Position numbers and translations under genes: made by a program. Positions 28,769 to 38,722 of a stretch of DNA of 64,000 nt are shown one piece after another. Each line of letters starts with the position of its first letter. Position 1 is the stretch's first letter. The DNA comes from an uncultured Halanaerobium sp. (GTDB lineage: Bacteria; Bacillota; Halanaerobiia; Halanaerobiales; Halanaerobiaceae). The stretch spans positions 3,986-67,985 of the forward strand of contig CAZYRX010000004.1 of the NCBI GenBank assembly GCA_964649895.1. The letters run 5' to 3'. The notes under the pieces are model-generated. The model was not told the DNA's origin, ran no database searches, and saw only the letters and a program-made list of their open reading frames with translations.

Positions 28769-29725
28769 ATGAGTAAAAGATTATTTAGTATTTTATTGGT
28801 GTCTGTTTTATTGATCTCATTATTCAGTTTTAATGTTCTGGCGGAATTTCCGGAGAAACCTCTAAATTACATTGTTTGTTTTAACCCTGGTGGAGAATCT
28901 GATATCACAGCAAGAGCACAGCAGAAACCACTGGAAGAAGTACTTGGTGTAGATGTAGTAGTTCAGTATAAAATTGGTGGTGGAGGAGCAGTAGGTTGGT
29001 CAGAATTAGTTAAGGCTAAACCTAATGGATATACTGTAGCTGGATTTAACCTTCCACACATAATATTACAGCCATTAGTAAGAGATAATCCTGGTTATGC
29101 AACTAAAGATATTAAACCAGTATTTATTTTTGAAGCAACACCAAATATACTTGCTGTTCACAAAGACAGTCCTTTTAAAACCTTAGATGATTTCGTAAGT
29201 TATGCTAAGGAAAATCCTGGTGTAATTACTGTTGGTGGTAGTGGAAGTTATAGTGCTAATCACCTGGGAACATTGGAATTCAACCAGGAAGCTGAAATTA
29301 AAACAACATATATTCCATTTACAGGTTCTGGAGAAGCAGTTCCTGCATTATTGGGACAGCACGTAAGTGCACTTATGACATATACAACAATGGGAATCAG
29401 ACATAGTGACGAAATGAGAGTTCTCGCAGTTGCTTCTGATGAAAGAGTTCCTTCAATGCCTGATACTCCAACATTTAAAGAACTCGGTTATGAATATGTA
29501 GAAGGTGCTTATAGAGGTATGGCTGCACCTCCTGATACACCAGATGATATTGTAGCAAAACTTGCTGATGCAAATCTAGCTGTAAATCAAATGCCTTCAT
29601 TTAAAAATCAGCTAGAAGATATGGGCTTCCAGATTATCAATATGGGTCCAGAAGAATCAGAAGAATTTATTGCAGACAGAATAGAATATTACAAAGAAAT
29701 TTTAGCAGAAGTAGGACTTCTCTAA
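28769..29725 (+). CDS. tctC: Tripartite tricarboxylate transporter binding protein (TctC)
   Basis: Signal peptide, FNPGGESD..AR, GGGGAVG, PTFKELG. Confidence 0.88.
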   Translation: MSKRLFSILLVSVLLISLFSFNVLAEFPEKPLNYIVCFNPGGESDITARAQQKPLEEVLGVDVVVQYKIGGGGAVGWSELVKAKPNGYTVAGFNLPHIILQPLVRDNPGYATKDIKPVFIFEATPNILAVHKDSPFKTLDDFVSYAKENPGVITVGGSGSYSANHLGTLEFNQEAEIKTTYIPFTGSGEAVPALLGQHVSALMTYTTMGIRHSDEMRVLAVASDERVPSMPDTPTFKELGYEYVEGAYRGMAAPPDTPDDIVAKLADANLAVNQMPSFKNQLEDMGFQIINMGPEESEEFIADRIEYYKEILAEVGLL

Positions 29726-29737
29726 GAAGTATAAATA

Positions 29738-29768
29738 AGGGTGCCTGGTTTTTTCCAGGTACCCTTTT
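29738..29768 (+). terminator. Hairpin after tctC (terminator/mRNA stabiliser)
   Basis: aagggtgcctgg-tttttt-ccaggtaccctttt. Confidence 0.7.
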
Positions 29769-29787
29769 AAAAAGGAGGTAAGATCAG

Positions 29788-31302
29788 ATGGGGGAAATTT
29801 TATTAACAGCAACAATATCTATATTTACTCTTAAAAATATGTTATTTATGCTTTTCGGGGTTTCGGCTGGTATGATTGCTGGTGCTCTTCCTGGTTTAAC
29901 AGCAACTATGTCAGTAGCACTTATTGTGCCTTTTACTTTTACTATGGATCCAGTAAGTGGTCTGGTTACACTGGGGGCCATTTATTGTGGAGCAATTTTT
30001 GGTGGAGCTTTTTCTGCAATATTAGTTAATACACCTGGAACTCCTTCTTCTATTGGAACAACCTTTGATGGTTATCCAATGGCACAACAGGGAAAAGGTG
30101 AAGAAGCAATTTTTACTGCAACATTTGCTTCAGCAGGTGGTGGAATTATAGGTACAATTATTTTGATTTTTTTATCTGTGCCTCTGGCCAGAGTTGCATT
30201 AAGGTTTGGTCCACCTGAGTATTTTTGGATTACAGTTTTTGGATTAACAATAATTGCTAGCCTTGCTTCAAATAATATTTTAAAAGGTCTTGCAGGTGGT
30301 GCTTTTGGACTTTTGATCAGTATGATTGGTATTGCTCCAATTGGTGGAGATGTCCGTTTTACAATGGGAATTCCGGCTTTTCAGGGTGGAGTTCAGCTGA
30401 TTTCAATCTTAATTGGTTTTTTCTGTATCCCTGAAATGTTAAGAATCGCTGGAAATTTACAGAAACAGAAGATGCAGGCTGTAAATGTTGAAAAACAGAC
30501 GGGTGTACTTAAAAGATCATTTTTAAATGTTTTTGAAAAACCAATGAATTTTGTTAGAAGCTCAATTATTGGTGCATTTGTAGGTATTTTACCAGGTGCT
30601 GGTGGTAACATTGCAAATCTTGTTGCCTATAATGAAGCACAGAGGGCTTCTAAAGAGCCGGAGACATTTGGGACAGGGAATCCTCAGGGTGTTGTTGCAA
30701 CAGAAGCTGCAAACAATGCTACTGTTGAAGGTGGAATGGTTCCACTACTTACACTTGGTATTCCAGGTGCTCCTCCAGCGGCAATTATTTACGGTGCTTT
30801 AATGCTGCAGGGTTTAAGACCTGGTCCGGAATTATTTTCTGGCAATGCACATATTACATATGCATTTATGCTTTCATTTTTAGTTGCTAACATAATGATG
30901 TTTGTTGTTGGAATATTAGGTGGCCGCTCGATATTTAAAATTGTTACTATTATCCCGGCAAAAATTCTTGTGCCATCTATTATCTTTTTAACAATTCTTG
31001 GTTCTTATTCAATCAGAAACAACATCATGGATGTTATAGTTATGTTGGTGGGGGGATTTGTCGGTTATCTGCTTAAAGAACTTAATTTCCATCCTGGTCC
31101 AATTGTACTTGGTTTAATATTGGGACCTATAGCAGAAAAAGGTTTGGTACAGGGTTATTTGATGGGACTATCTAGACCTAATCCTTGGACAATATTTTTC
31201 ACAAGACCGCTCTCTATAGTTTTAATTATTATAACCTTGTTGTCTGCAGGTTGGCCTATTTATAGAGAAATTAAAAATAGAGTTAAGAAAGGAGAGAATT
31301 AA
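29788..31302 (+). CDS. tctA: TTT large permease TctA
   Basis: GALPGL, NTPGTP, DGYPMAQQG, EAANNA, PLLTLGIPG. Confidence 0.92.
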   Translation: MGEILLTATISIFTLKNMLFMLFGVSAGMIAGALPGLTATMSVALIVPFTFTMDPVSGLVTLGAIYCGAIFGGAFSAILVNTPGTPSSIGTTFDGYPMAQQGKGEEAIFTATFASAGGGIIGTIILIFLSVPLARVALRFGPPEYFWITVFGLTIIASLASNNILKGLAGGAFGLLISMIGIAPIGGDVRFTMGIPAFQGGVQLISILIGFFCIPEMLRIAGNLQKQKMQAVNVEKQTGVLKRSFLNVFEKPMNFVRSSIIGAFVGILPGAGGNIANLVAYNEAQRASKEPETFGTGNPQGVVATEAANNATVEGGMVPLLTLGIPGAPPAAIIYGALMLQGLRPGPELFSGNAHITYAFMLSFLVANIMMFVVGILGGRSIFKIVTIIPAKILVPSIIFLTILGSYSIRNNIMDVIVMLVGGFVGYLLKELNFHPGPIVLGLILGPIAEKGLVQGYLMGLSRPNPWTIFFTRPLSIVLIIITLLSAGWPIYREIKNRVKKGEN

Positions 31303-31760
31303 TGATGTTAAAAAAAGATGGAGCCATAAATACAGATATAGTTGGTGGAGCAGTAATGATTCTCTCTGCAGTACTCTTTTATTCACGAATAGGTAATTTT
31401 ACAAATTTTGGCCTGATATTTCCTAGAGCAATAATAGTTATTTTACTGGTGCTTGGAGTTGGTCTTCTTTTAAAGGCAAAGTTCAATCCACATTATTCAG
31501 AAATATTTGCGATGGAAGAAAGATCAAAGATGATATTGGTTGCAGTTATCGGACTGGCCTGGGTACTGCTTTTAAATAGAATTGGTTTTGCTGTAACAAG
31601 TTTCTTTGCTCTAAGCCTTGCTATATTTGTGCTTGAAGAAGAAAGAAGTCTTAAAGTACTGGTTAAGGATTTTCTGATCGGTGGTGTTGAAGTAGCATTT
31701 TTCTATATTATTTTTTCAAGACTGCTGCTGGTACCTCTTCCACAGGGAATATTATTTTAA
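31302..31760 (+). CDS. tctB: TTT small permease TctB
   Basis: Four TMs, FPR motif, C-terminal LLVPLPQG. Confidence 0.8.
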   Translation: MMLKKDGAINTDIVGGAVMILSAVLFYSRIGNFTNFGLIFPRAIIVILLVLGVGLLLKAKFNPHYSEIFAMEERSKMILVAVIGLAWVLLLNRIGFAVTSFFALSLAIFVLEEERSLKVLVKDFLIGGVEVAFFYIIFSRLLLVPLPQGILF

Positions 31761-31858
31761 ATAATTCCTAATAAATTTGATATTATAATAGATAATATAA
31801 TAAGATATATTTAAAGAACATGATATTGTTATAGTCAAAATATTTTTAAGGAGGTTTT

Positions 31859-33118
31859 ATGATGGAACTGAAATATGGACGTGGTACTGTCTCATTTTCC
31901 ATCAATGATGAGAGAATAAATAAAGTGTTAAAAGCTAATGAAAGAGAAGGATTAAAAGACCCTCATTCTACAGCAGCAGAGGTAGTGAAAAATCCAACAG
32001 CAGGTCCACCTTTATTGGATCTGCTTAATGAAAAACAACCAGAAGATATAGTTATTATTGTAAACGATGTAACTAGACCTACACCCTATTCTGTAATGCT
32101 GCCGCCTATTTTAGATACAATAAAAGAGGCTGGAATAGCTAAAGAAAAAGTGACATTTATTGTTGCTACTGGAGTACATGACAGACATACTGATCAGCAG
32201 AATATTGAAATTTTTGGTGAAGAAGTTCATAATAATTATAAATTTATTCATCATGACTGTGATGGAGAACTTGTTGATATGGGGAATTTGAGCTCAGGTA
32301 ATAATTTTAAAGTGAATAAAAAGGTCTATGAGGCAGATTTTGTAATTACAACCGGAGTTATTTTACCTCATTATTTTGCAGGCTTTTCTGGTGGTAGAAA
32401 ATCTATTTTACCTGGTGTAGCTGGTAGAGAAACAATTGAAAACAATCACTCTTGGATGGTTAAGCTGATGGGTAATTTGCCACCTCAAAAAGAAAATCCA
32501 GTTAGTTTAGAGATGATTGAAGCAGCAGAAAAAATTGGTGTTGACTTTATAATTAATGTTGTGACAAACAGCAGCAGAGAAATTGTTAAAATTACTGCAG
32601 GTGATTTGAAAGATGCATGGTATGAAGGAATTGATGTGTCTTCTGAGATGTATCATGTAGAATTAGAAGAAAAAGCTGATGTTGCAATTGTCAGTTCTGG
32701 AGGTTTTCCAAGAGATATAAATGTTTATCAATCACAAAAGGCACTTGATCATGCTGATCATGGAACTAAAAAAGGTGGAACTATTATTTGGGTAGCTGAA
32801 TGTAGTGAAGGCCTGGGTGAAAAAACTTTTGAAACATGGATGGAGGAAGCTGAAAAACCTGAAGATAATGAAAAGCGAATTAAAGAAAAATTTGTTATTG
32901 GTGGGCATAAAGCATTTGCGATATCTAAAGTTGTTAAAGATAAAGAAGTAATTCTTATTTCAGATTTAAGTGTAGAAGAAACAGAAAAGATGTTTATTAA
33001 AAAAATGCCAGAACTTCAGGATGCTGTTGATTATATTGAAGATAAATATAATGGAGATTACAGCTGTATAATTCTTCCTCAGGGTAGTTTAACAGTTCCT
33101 AAAGTTAAAGCAGACTAG
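31859..33118 (+). CDS. LarA-family nickel-pincer 2-hydroxyacid racemase/epimerase
   Basis: NDVTRPTP, ATGVH, PHYFAGFSGGRKS, NH, YQSQKAL. Confidence 0.9.
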   Translation: MMELKYGRGTVSFSINDERINKVLKANEREGLKDPHSTAAEVVKNPTAGPPLLDLLNEKQPEDIVIIVNDVTRPTPYSVMLPPILDTIKEAGIAKEKVTFIVATGVHDRHTDQQNIEIFGEEVHNNYKFIHHDCDGELVDMGNLSSGNNFKVNKKVYEADFVITTGVILPHYFAGFSGGRKSILPGVAGRETIENNHSWMVKLMGNLPPQKENPVSLEMIEAAEKIGVDFIINVVTNSSREIVKITAGDLKDAWYEGIDVSSEMYHVELEEKADVAIVSSGGFPRDINVYQSQKALDHADHGTKKGGTIIWVAECSEGLGEKTFETWMEEAEKPEDNEKRIKEKFVIGGHKAFAISKVVKDKEVILISDLSVEETEKMFIKKMPELQDAVDYIEDKYNGDYSCIILPQGSLTVPKVKAD

Positions 33119-33129
33119 GAGACTCTATT

Positions 33130-33276
33130 ATGAGTGCTGAGCAGTTGAATATTTCAATAATTAGAATTAGTATTATTTTTGTTGTCAGTTATTTTCTCTA
33201 TTTAGGATTTTCCAGCACTAATTTTATTGATAAATTTAAAAAAATTTTAATTAAATTAAAAAAAGATCATAAATAA
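33130..33276 (+). CDS. Unannotated 48-aa membrane protein, OadG-like by position and topology
   Basis: AGGAG 8 nt before ATG; MSAEQLNISIIRISIIFVVSYFLYLGFSSTNFIDKFKKILIKLKKDHK. Confidence 0.45.
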   Translation: MSAEQLNISIIRISIIFVVSYFLYLGFSSTNFIDKFKKILIKLKKDHK

Positions 33277-33374
33277 TTTTAGTCATAAAAAGAATAGATT
33301 TAGTATTGAGTATTAAAGACTATCTTTTATGATTATTTGAAAAATGCTGGAAAAGAAAATGAAAGGAGAAATAA

Positions 33375-34700
33375 ATGACACTAAAAATTACAGAAACTAT
33401 ACTCAGAGATGGACAGCAGTCCCTAATAGCAACAAGATTAAAAATGGAAGATATTCTGCCTGTACTCAGTGATCTTGATAATGTTGGCTACCATGCTCTT
33501 GAAGTATGGGGAGGAGCAACATTTGACAGCTGCCTGAGATATTTAGGTGAAGACCCCTGGGAAAGACTGAGAATAATTAGAGAAAATATAAGAAATACTA
33601 AACTGCAGATGCTTCTAAGGGGCCAAAATATACTCGGCTATAAGCATTATCCTGATGATGTTCTGGAAAAATTTGTGGAAAAGTCAGTAGAAAATGGAAT
33701 AGATATTATTAGAATATTTGATGCGCTAAATGATATCAGGAATATGAAAAAAGCAATCTACTACAGCAAGAAATATGGTGCTCATGTTCAGGGTTCAATA
33801 GTTTATACTACAAGTCCTATCCATACAATGGACAAATTTATGGAAAATGCACGTGAACTGGTTGATGAAGGTGTAGATTCTCTCTGTATTAAGGATATGG
33901 CAGGTCTTATGACACCTTTTAAGGCATATGAACTTGTCAAAAGGCTAAAAGAAAACTTTGATCTTCCAATAGAAATGCACAGTCATAATACAGCTGGATT
34001 AGGTGCTATGACATATCTTAAAGCAGTAGAAGCAGGTATTGATATTATTGATACATCTATTTCAGTTTTAGGTTCTGGTTCTGCTCAGCCAGCAACAGAA
34101 AGCATGACAGCAGCATTAGAAAAAAGTGAATTTGATACAGACATTAAATTTTCTAAGCTTGTGGAAATAGCTAAATATTTCCGCAATATAAGAGGGAAAT
34201 ATGAAGAATTTCTGGGTTCTTTTGAAGTTGATCCCCGCATCATATCAAATCAGATACCTGGAGGTATGATTTCTAATTTAAGAAGTCAGCTTAAAGCACA
34301 GGGGATTTCCGATAGGTACCAAGAAATTTTGGAAGAGATTCCCCGTGTACGTGAGGACCTTGGTTACCCACCTCTTGTAACACCTACAAGCCAAATAGTT
34401 GGGACCCAGGCTGTTTTTAATGTTGTTGCAAATGGTAGATACAGTGTTGTACCTACAGAAGTAAAAGAATATCTGCGCGGCAAATATGGAAGGCCACCTG
34501 GAAAAGTAAATGAAGAATTAAGAAAAGAATTAATTAAAGAAGAAGACATAATAACTGATAGACCAGCAAATCATCTTGAGCCTATTTTTGATAAAAAAGC
34601 TGAAGAAATTAAAGATTTTGCAGAAACAGAAGAAGATGTGCTTTCTTATATACTTTTTCCTGATTCAGCAAAAAAGTTTTTAGAAGCTCATTATGTATAA
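33375..34700 (+). CDS. oadA: Oxaloacetate decarboxylase alpha / pyruvate carboxyltransferase subunit without biotin-carrier domain
   Basis: LRDGQQSLIATR, WGGATFD, QMLLRGQN, IKDMAG, HSH, PGGM, PLVTPTSQIVG; no AMKM domain. Confidence 0.85.
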   Translation: MTLKITETILRDGQQSLIATRLKMEDILPVLSDLDNVGYHALEVWGGATFDSCLRYLGEDPWERLRIIRENIRNTKLQMLLRGQNILGYKHYPDDVLEKFVEKSVENGIDIIRIFDALNDIRNMKKAIYYSKKYGAHVQGSIVYTTSPIHTMDKFMENARELVDEGVDSLCIKDMAGLMTPFKAYELVKRLKENFDLPIEMHSHNTAGLGAMTYLKAVEAGIDIIDTSISVLGSGSAQPATESMTAALEKSEFDTDIKFSKLVEIAKYFRNIRGKYEEFLGSFEVDPRIISNQIPGGMISNLRSQLKAQGISDRYQEILEEIPRVREDLGYPPLVTPTSQIVGTQAVFNVVANGRYSVVPTEVKEYLRGKYGRPPGKVNEELRKELIKEEDIITDRPANHLEPIFDKKAEEIKDFAETEEDVLSYILFPDSAKKFLEAHYV

Positions 34701-34753
34701 ATAAAGCATTGTTATATTGACTTCCTTATTAACTTCCTATGGATAAAATATAT

Positions 34754-34794
34754 AATAGAAAGCTCTAAGCATACTATGCTTAGAGCTTTCTATT
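34754..34794. terminator. Bidirectional terminator
   Basis: Perfect 19-bp stem aatagaaagctctaagcat-act-atgcttagagctttctatt between convergent genes. Confidence 0.8.
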
Positions 34795-34867
34795 TGCATG
34801 CAAATTATTTTAAAATTATTTCTATAATTTTTTTAAAAATATAATTCTATGAAAAAACTACTTAATT

Positions 34868-36811
34868 TTATTCAGCTTCAGTATCAGCTATAAGTTTATC
34901 TTTATACTGCAAAAACAATACTATAGCAAGTAAAGCTATACCAAGAAAATCTGAATATCCTCCTGGGAATAATAATCCAACTGAACTTCCCAAAAGCAGT
35001 AATCTTTCGATAATTGTTGTTTTTCTATTTAAATACCCAAGCACTGCAGCAGCTAGTGCAAACACACCAAGGATTGAACTTCCAGTAATAATTAAAACTT
35101 CAGACCAGGTAGTGTCAATAAGCAGCAGAGAAGGTGAGTATGCAAAGACAAATGGTACAACAAACCCTGCAACTGCAAGTCTTACAGCAGTAATACCTGT
35201 TTTTAGTGGATTAGAACCAGCTATACCTGCACCAGCATAAGCGGCTAATGCTGCTGGTGGTGTTAGGTCTGCCACTACTCCAAAATAAAGTACAAATAAG
35301 TGTGAAGCTAAAATAGGAACACCAAGCGTTGTTAAAGCAGGGGCTGCCATTGTAGCAAGCACAATATAAGTTGCAGTAGTTGGAAGCCCGGTTCCTAATA
35401 TAGTACAAGCTACCATAGTAAAGAAGAGTGCTAAAAATAGATTACCTTGTGCTAAGGCGACTGTAATACTTGTAAATTTGAGGCCTAAACCTGTTAATGT
35501 TGTTACACCAACAATAAAACCAACAGCTGCACAGGCAGCTGCAACTCCCAGTGCTGATATAGCTCCTTCTTTTAATGTATCAATTAAATCCATTAAGCTC
35601 ATTCTGGTATCTTCTTTGAAAAAACTTAGAGCAAATGAGACTAAAATACCAAGAAAAGCAGCTCTTAAAGGTGTATAACCTCTAAATAAATAATAGAAAA
35701 TGATAATCAAAGGAGCTATCATATGGCCTCTTGCTTTTAAAACATCCAAAAATTTTGGGATGAGGGCTGGTGCCATTCCCTGCAGCCCTGTTTTTTTAGC
35801 TTCAAAATGAACCATTAGACCTACAGTGACATAGTAGAGAATTGCTGGCAGTATCGCTGCCTTTGCAATAGTCACATAAGGTACTCCGATAAATTCTGCC
35901 ATAATAAATGCGGCAGCTCCCATAATTGGAGGCATAATCTGTCCACCTGTTGATGCAGAAGCTTCTACCGCTGCAGCAAATTTTGAATCATAACCAACTC
36001 TTTTCATGAGCGGAATTGTGAATGAACCTGTAGTAACTGTATTTGCAACAGAACTACCTGAAATCGAACCCATAAGACCACTGGAAACAACAGCAGCTTT
36101 GGCAGGGCCACCTGTGCTACGTCCAGTTAAAGACATTGCCAGGTCAATAAAAAGATCACCAAGTCCTGTTCTCTTTGCAAAGGCTCCCAAAAGTAAAAAT
36201 AAGAATATATATGTAGCTGATACCCCAAGTGGAATACCAAAGATACCTTCAGTTGTGAAGTACATGTGGCTGGCAATTCTTGACCAGGAATAACCTCTGT
36301 GAGCAAGCATGCCGGGCATAATCTGGCCAAAACGGGCATAAATTAAAAATAAAATTGAAATAACAGGTAATTCCGGTCCAATTACTCTTCTTGTTCCTTC
36401 TAAGACTATTATGATAGCAAGTATTGCCATATAATAATCAAGTTGGGTAAACATTCCTGCTCTACGAACCAGAGCTTCATAATTGATAATAATATATGAA
36501 GAAATAGCTATACTTCCTAGAGCTAAAAGCAAATCAAAACCAAGAATAAATTTATTATCTTTTTTATTTTTTAAAGCTGGATATAGCAAAAAAATCAATG
36601 TAAATATAAAGCCGAGGTGAACTGCACGCTGTTTTAAAGCCAGTAAAATTCCAAAACCGGCTGTGTATAAGTGGAAAAGTGAAAGTACAACAGCAATGGT
36701 AGAAACAATTACAGCTGCAATACCAGTATAATGACGGTAATCAGTGCTGGGATCATATTTTTTTAAAAGTTCGTCTTCTTTAAGATGTTCTTTGTTTTTT
36801 GATTCAGCCAT
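34868..36811 (-). CDS. TRAP transporter fused permease (4TM/12TM, TAXI type)
   Basis: GGPAKAAVVSS, SGSSVAN, STGGQIMPPIMGAAAF, GLPTTATY, DLTPP. Confidence 0.92.
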   Translation of the reverse strand: MAESKNKEHLKEDELLKKYDPSTDYRHYTGIAAVIVSTIAVVLSLFHLYTAGFGILLALKQRAVHLGFIFTLIFLLYPALKNKKDNKFILGFDLLLALGSIAISSYIIINYEALVRRAGMFTQLDYYMAILAIIIVLEGTRRVIGPELPVISILFLIYARFGQIMPGMLAHRGYSWSRIASHMYFTTEGIFGIPLGVSATYIFLFLLLGAFAKRTGLGDLFIDLAMSLTGRSTGGPAKAAVVSSGLMGSISGSSVANTVTTGSFTIPLMKRVGYDSKFAAAVEASASTGGQIMPPIMGAAAFIMAEFIGVPYVTIAKAAILPAILYYVTVGLMVHFEAKKTGLQGMAPALIPKFLDVLKARGHMIAPLIIIFYYLFRGYTPLRAAFLGILVSFALSFFKEDTRMSLMDLIDTLKEGAISALGVAAACAAVGFIVGVTTLTGLGLKFTSITVALAQGNLFLALFFTMVACTILGTGLPTTATYIVLATMAAPALTTLGVPILASHLFVLYFGVVADLTPPAALAAYAGAGIAGSNPLKTGITAVRLAVAGFVVPFVFAYSPSLLLIDTTWSEVLIITGSSILGVFALAAAVLGYLNRKTTIIERLLLLGSSVGLLFPGGYSDFLGIALLAIVLFLQYKDKLIADTEAE

Positions 36812-37322
36812 CCTTTAACCTCCCTATATAATAATAAAGATAGTTAGTCTTTTCGGTTGAAATTTCCAATAATGTTTCATCTTTTACTAGTTTGTATAAT
36901 TTATAAACTTTATTTTTAAAGATAAATTCATGGAGTGCATAATCACTTACTCTGAGCAATATTTCTGGTAATTCTTTATTTATTTCGCGAATAATAAACT
37001 TATTATCCTCTAATGTATATTGATGTTCATTTAAAAATGGTAAACCTGCTCCATAGGATTGATATTCAGTGGAAATGAGTACTATTTCTCCATTTATAAT
37101 TTCAAAAATTTCTAAAACTGGAGTTTTTGCTACAGAATGAAGATATTTAATTGTAAATTCATCACCTTCATCTACTTTTGCCTCCCAGATTATATTATTC
37201 TCTTTATAATCAATAATCTTAAGTAAAGTGATTTCTTGATTATAAAGATAATAAGCGGCAAATAATATTATTAATATAAAAAGCAGCAAGAAAAATTTAA
37301 ATTTAATAGTTTTTTTTAGCAT
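36804..37322 (-). CDS. DUF1850-like protein of TAXI-TRAP operon
   Basis: HSVAKTP..E, SYGAGLP; lies between TAXI and permease genes. Confidence 0.75.
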   Translation of the reverse strand: MLKKTIKFKFFLLLFILIILFAAYYLYNQEITLLKIIDYKENNIIWEAKVDEGDEFTIKYLHSVAKTPVLEIFEIINGEIVLISTEYQSYGAGLPFLNEHQYTLEDNKFIIREINKELPEILLRVSDYALHEFIFKNKVYKLYKLVKDETLLEISTEKTNYLYYYIGRLKDG

Positions 37323-37334
37323 AATAAATTAGAG

Positions 37335-37356
37335 CCGGGTATTTTGCAATACCCGG
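37335..37356 (-). terminator. Hairpin after TAXI binding-protein gene
   Basis: ccgggtatt-ttgc-aatacccgg. Confidence 0.6.
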
Positions 37357-37403
37357 TATTCCTCCTTTTAGAGGTTTGATATATTATTATAATTTTATCT
37401 AAA

Positions 37404-38363
37404 TTACTTAACCTCGTCATAATATTGTTTAGCACCAGGATGAAGTTCAACTGTCATACCATCCATAGCTCCTTCTAAAGTAATATCTCTAGCTCTATCA
37501 TGAGCTTCAATTAATGTCTGACGGTTTTCAAAAATTGCCTTAGTAATATTATAGACAGTTTCTTGAGTTAAATCATCTACAGCAACCAAGATAGCTTTAA
37601 GAGCAACTGTCTGAATATCTTCTTCAAGACCATTATAGCTGCCTGCTGGTACTGTTACTCCAGTCAAATATGGATATTTACTATTTAAAGATTCAATAGC
37701 TTCATCACTAAAGTTTATTAAAGAAATATCCTGGGTTGCAGCAACATCCATTACGGCTGCAGTTGGAATACCTGCTGTTAAGAAAGCAGCATCAATCTGT
37801 CTATCTTTTAAACGACTTGCAGCTTCACCAAATGATAGATAATCTTCTTCAATATCATCATAACTTAAGCCAAAAAATTCAATAATCTGTTTAGCATTGG
37901 CTTCAGCACCACTTCCCGGTGCACCTACTGCTACTTTTTTACCTTTAAGATCTTCCACAGATTTTATACCTGCATCATCTCTGACAACTATTTGAATAAC
38001 TTCTGGATATAATGCAGCAATACCTGTCATATTTTTTACCTGATTGTCAGAAAATTGATTTTCACCATTTACCGCATAACTAGCTATATCATTTTGAAGA
38101 ATTGCAAGTTCTACCTCTTGATTATAAATTAGGCGGGTATTAGTTACTGAAGCACCAGTAGATTGAGCAGAAGCATTCATACCTTCAATATTCTCATTTA
38201 ATACCTTAGCAATCGCACCACCTACAGGATAATATGTCCCAGAGGTTCCTCCTGTAGCTAGAGAAATAAAGGTAGTTTCCTGAGCAAGAACAGATGTGCT
38301 TAAAGCAAGACTCAAAACAGCCAATAACGCAATTAATACTAAAATCTTTTTACTTTTAAACAT
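37404..38363 (-). CDS. TAXI-family TRAP solute-binding protein
   Basis: Signal peptide, ATGGTSGTYYPVG, STGASVTN, LYPE, GAPGSG, LHPGA..YY. Confidence 0.92.
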   Translation of the reverse strand: MFKSKKILVLIALLAVLSLALSTSVLAQETTFISLATGGTSGTYYPVGGAIAKVLNENIEGMNASAQSTGASVTNTRLIYNQEVELAILQNDIASYAVNGENQFSDNQVKNMTGIAALYPEVIQIVVRDDAGIKSVEDLKGKKVAVGAPGSGAEANAKQIIEFFGLSYDDIEEDYLSFGEAASRLKDRQIDAAFLTAGIPTAAVMDVAATQDISLINFSDEAIESLNSKYPYLTGVTVPAGSYNGLEEDIQTVALKAILVAVDDLTQETVYNITKAIFENRQTLIEAHDRARDITLEGAMDGMTVELHPGAKQYYDEVK

Positions 38364-38677
38364 CTTTAAAATCTACTCCCTTCTTCATTTTAAAATATTT
38401 AATAACTTATAGCTGAGTATAAAATATATCAGCCCTATTTATAATTTTATATTATTTTGAGTCTAAAAGCAAATTGTTAGGTTCTTGTAAGCTTTTTGGC
38501 TAAAGAATTTTAGATAGTGTATTTTTGATAGATGCTGATATGGCGGTCATTATCAAGTGTACTTGCAGTTATATTTGAATAAAATTTCCTTTATTAAAAA
38601 TAAGTGTATTTATTTACAATTTATAAAAGCAGGAAGGCGAAAAGGTTTATGATTTAAATTCAATGTAAAATTATTTT

Positions 38678-38716
38678 TAGTGAAAACTTGCACAATCATT
38701 TAAATTGCTGTATAAT
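38678..38716 (+). promoter_or_regulatory. sigma-A promoter of the hyd maturation operon overlapped by a Rex-like box
   Basis: TTGCAC-17-TATAAT (38688-38716); TAGTGAA-aact-TGCACAA (38678-38695) is 2 mismatches from TTGTGAA-N4-TTCACAA. Confidence 0.65.
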
Positions 38717-38722
38717 ATATTC

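Noticed and set aside
33207-33354. ttttccagca...tgctggaaaa as MITE terminal repeats
   Set aside because: Only 10 bp, no target-site duplication and no second copy seen
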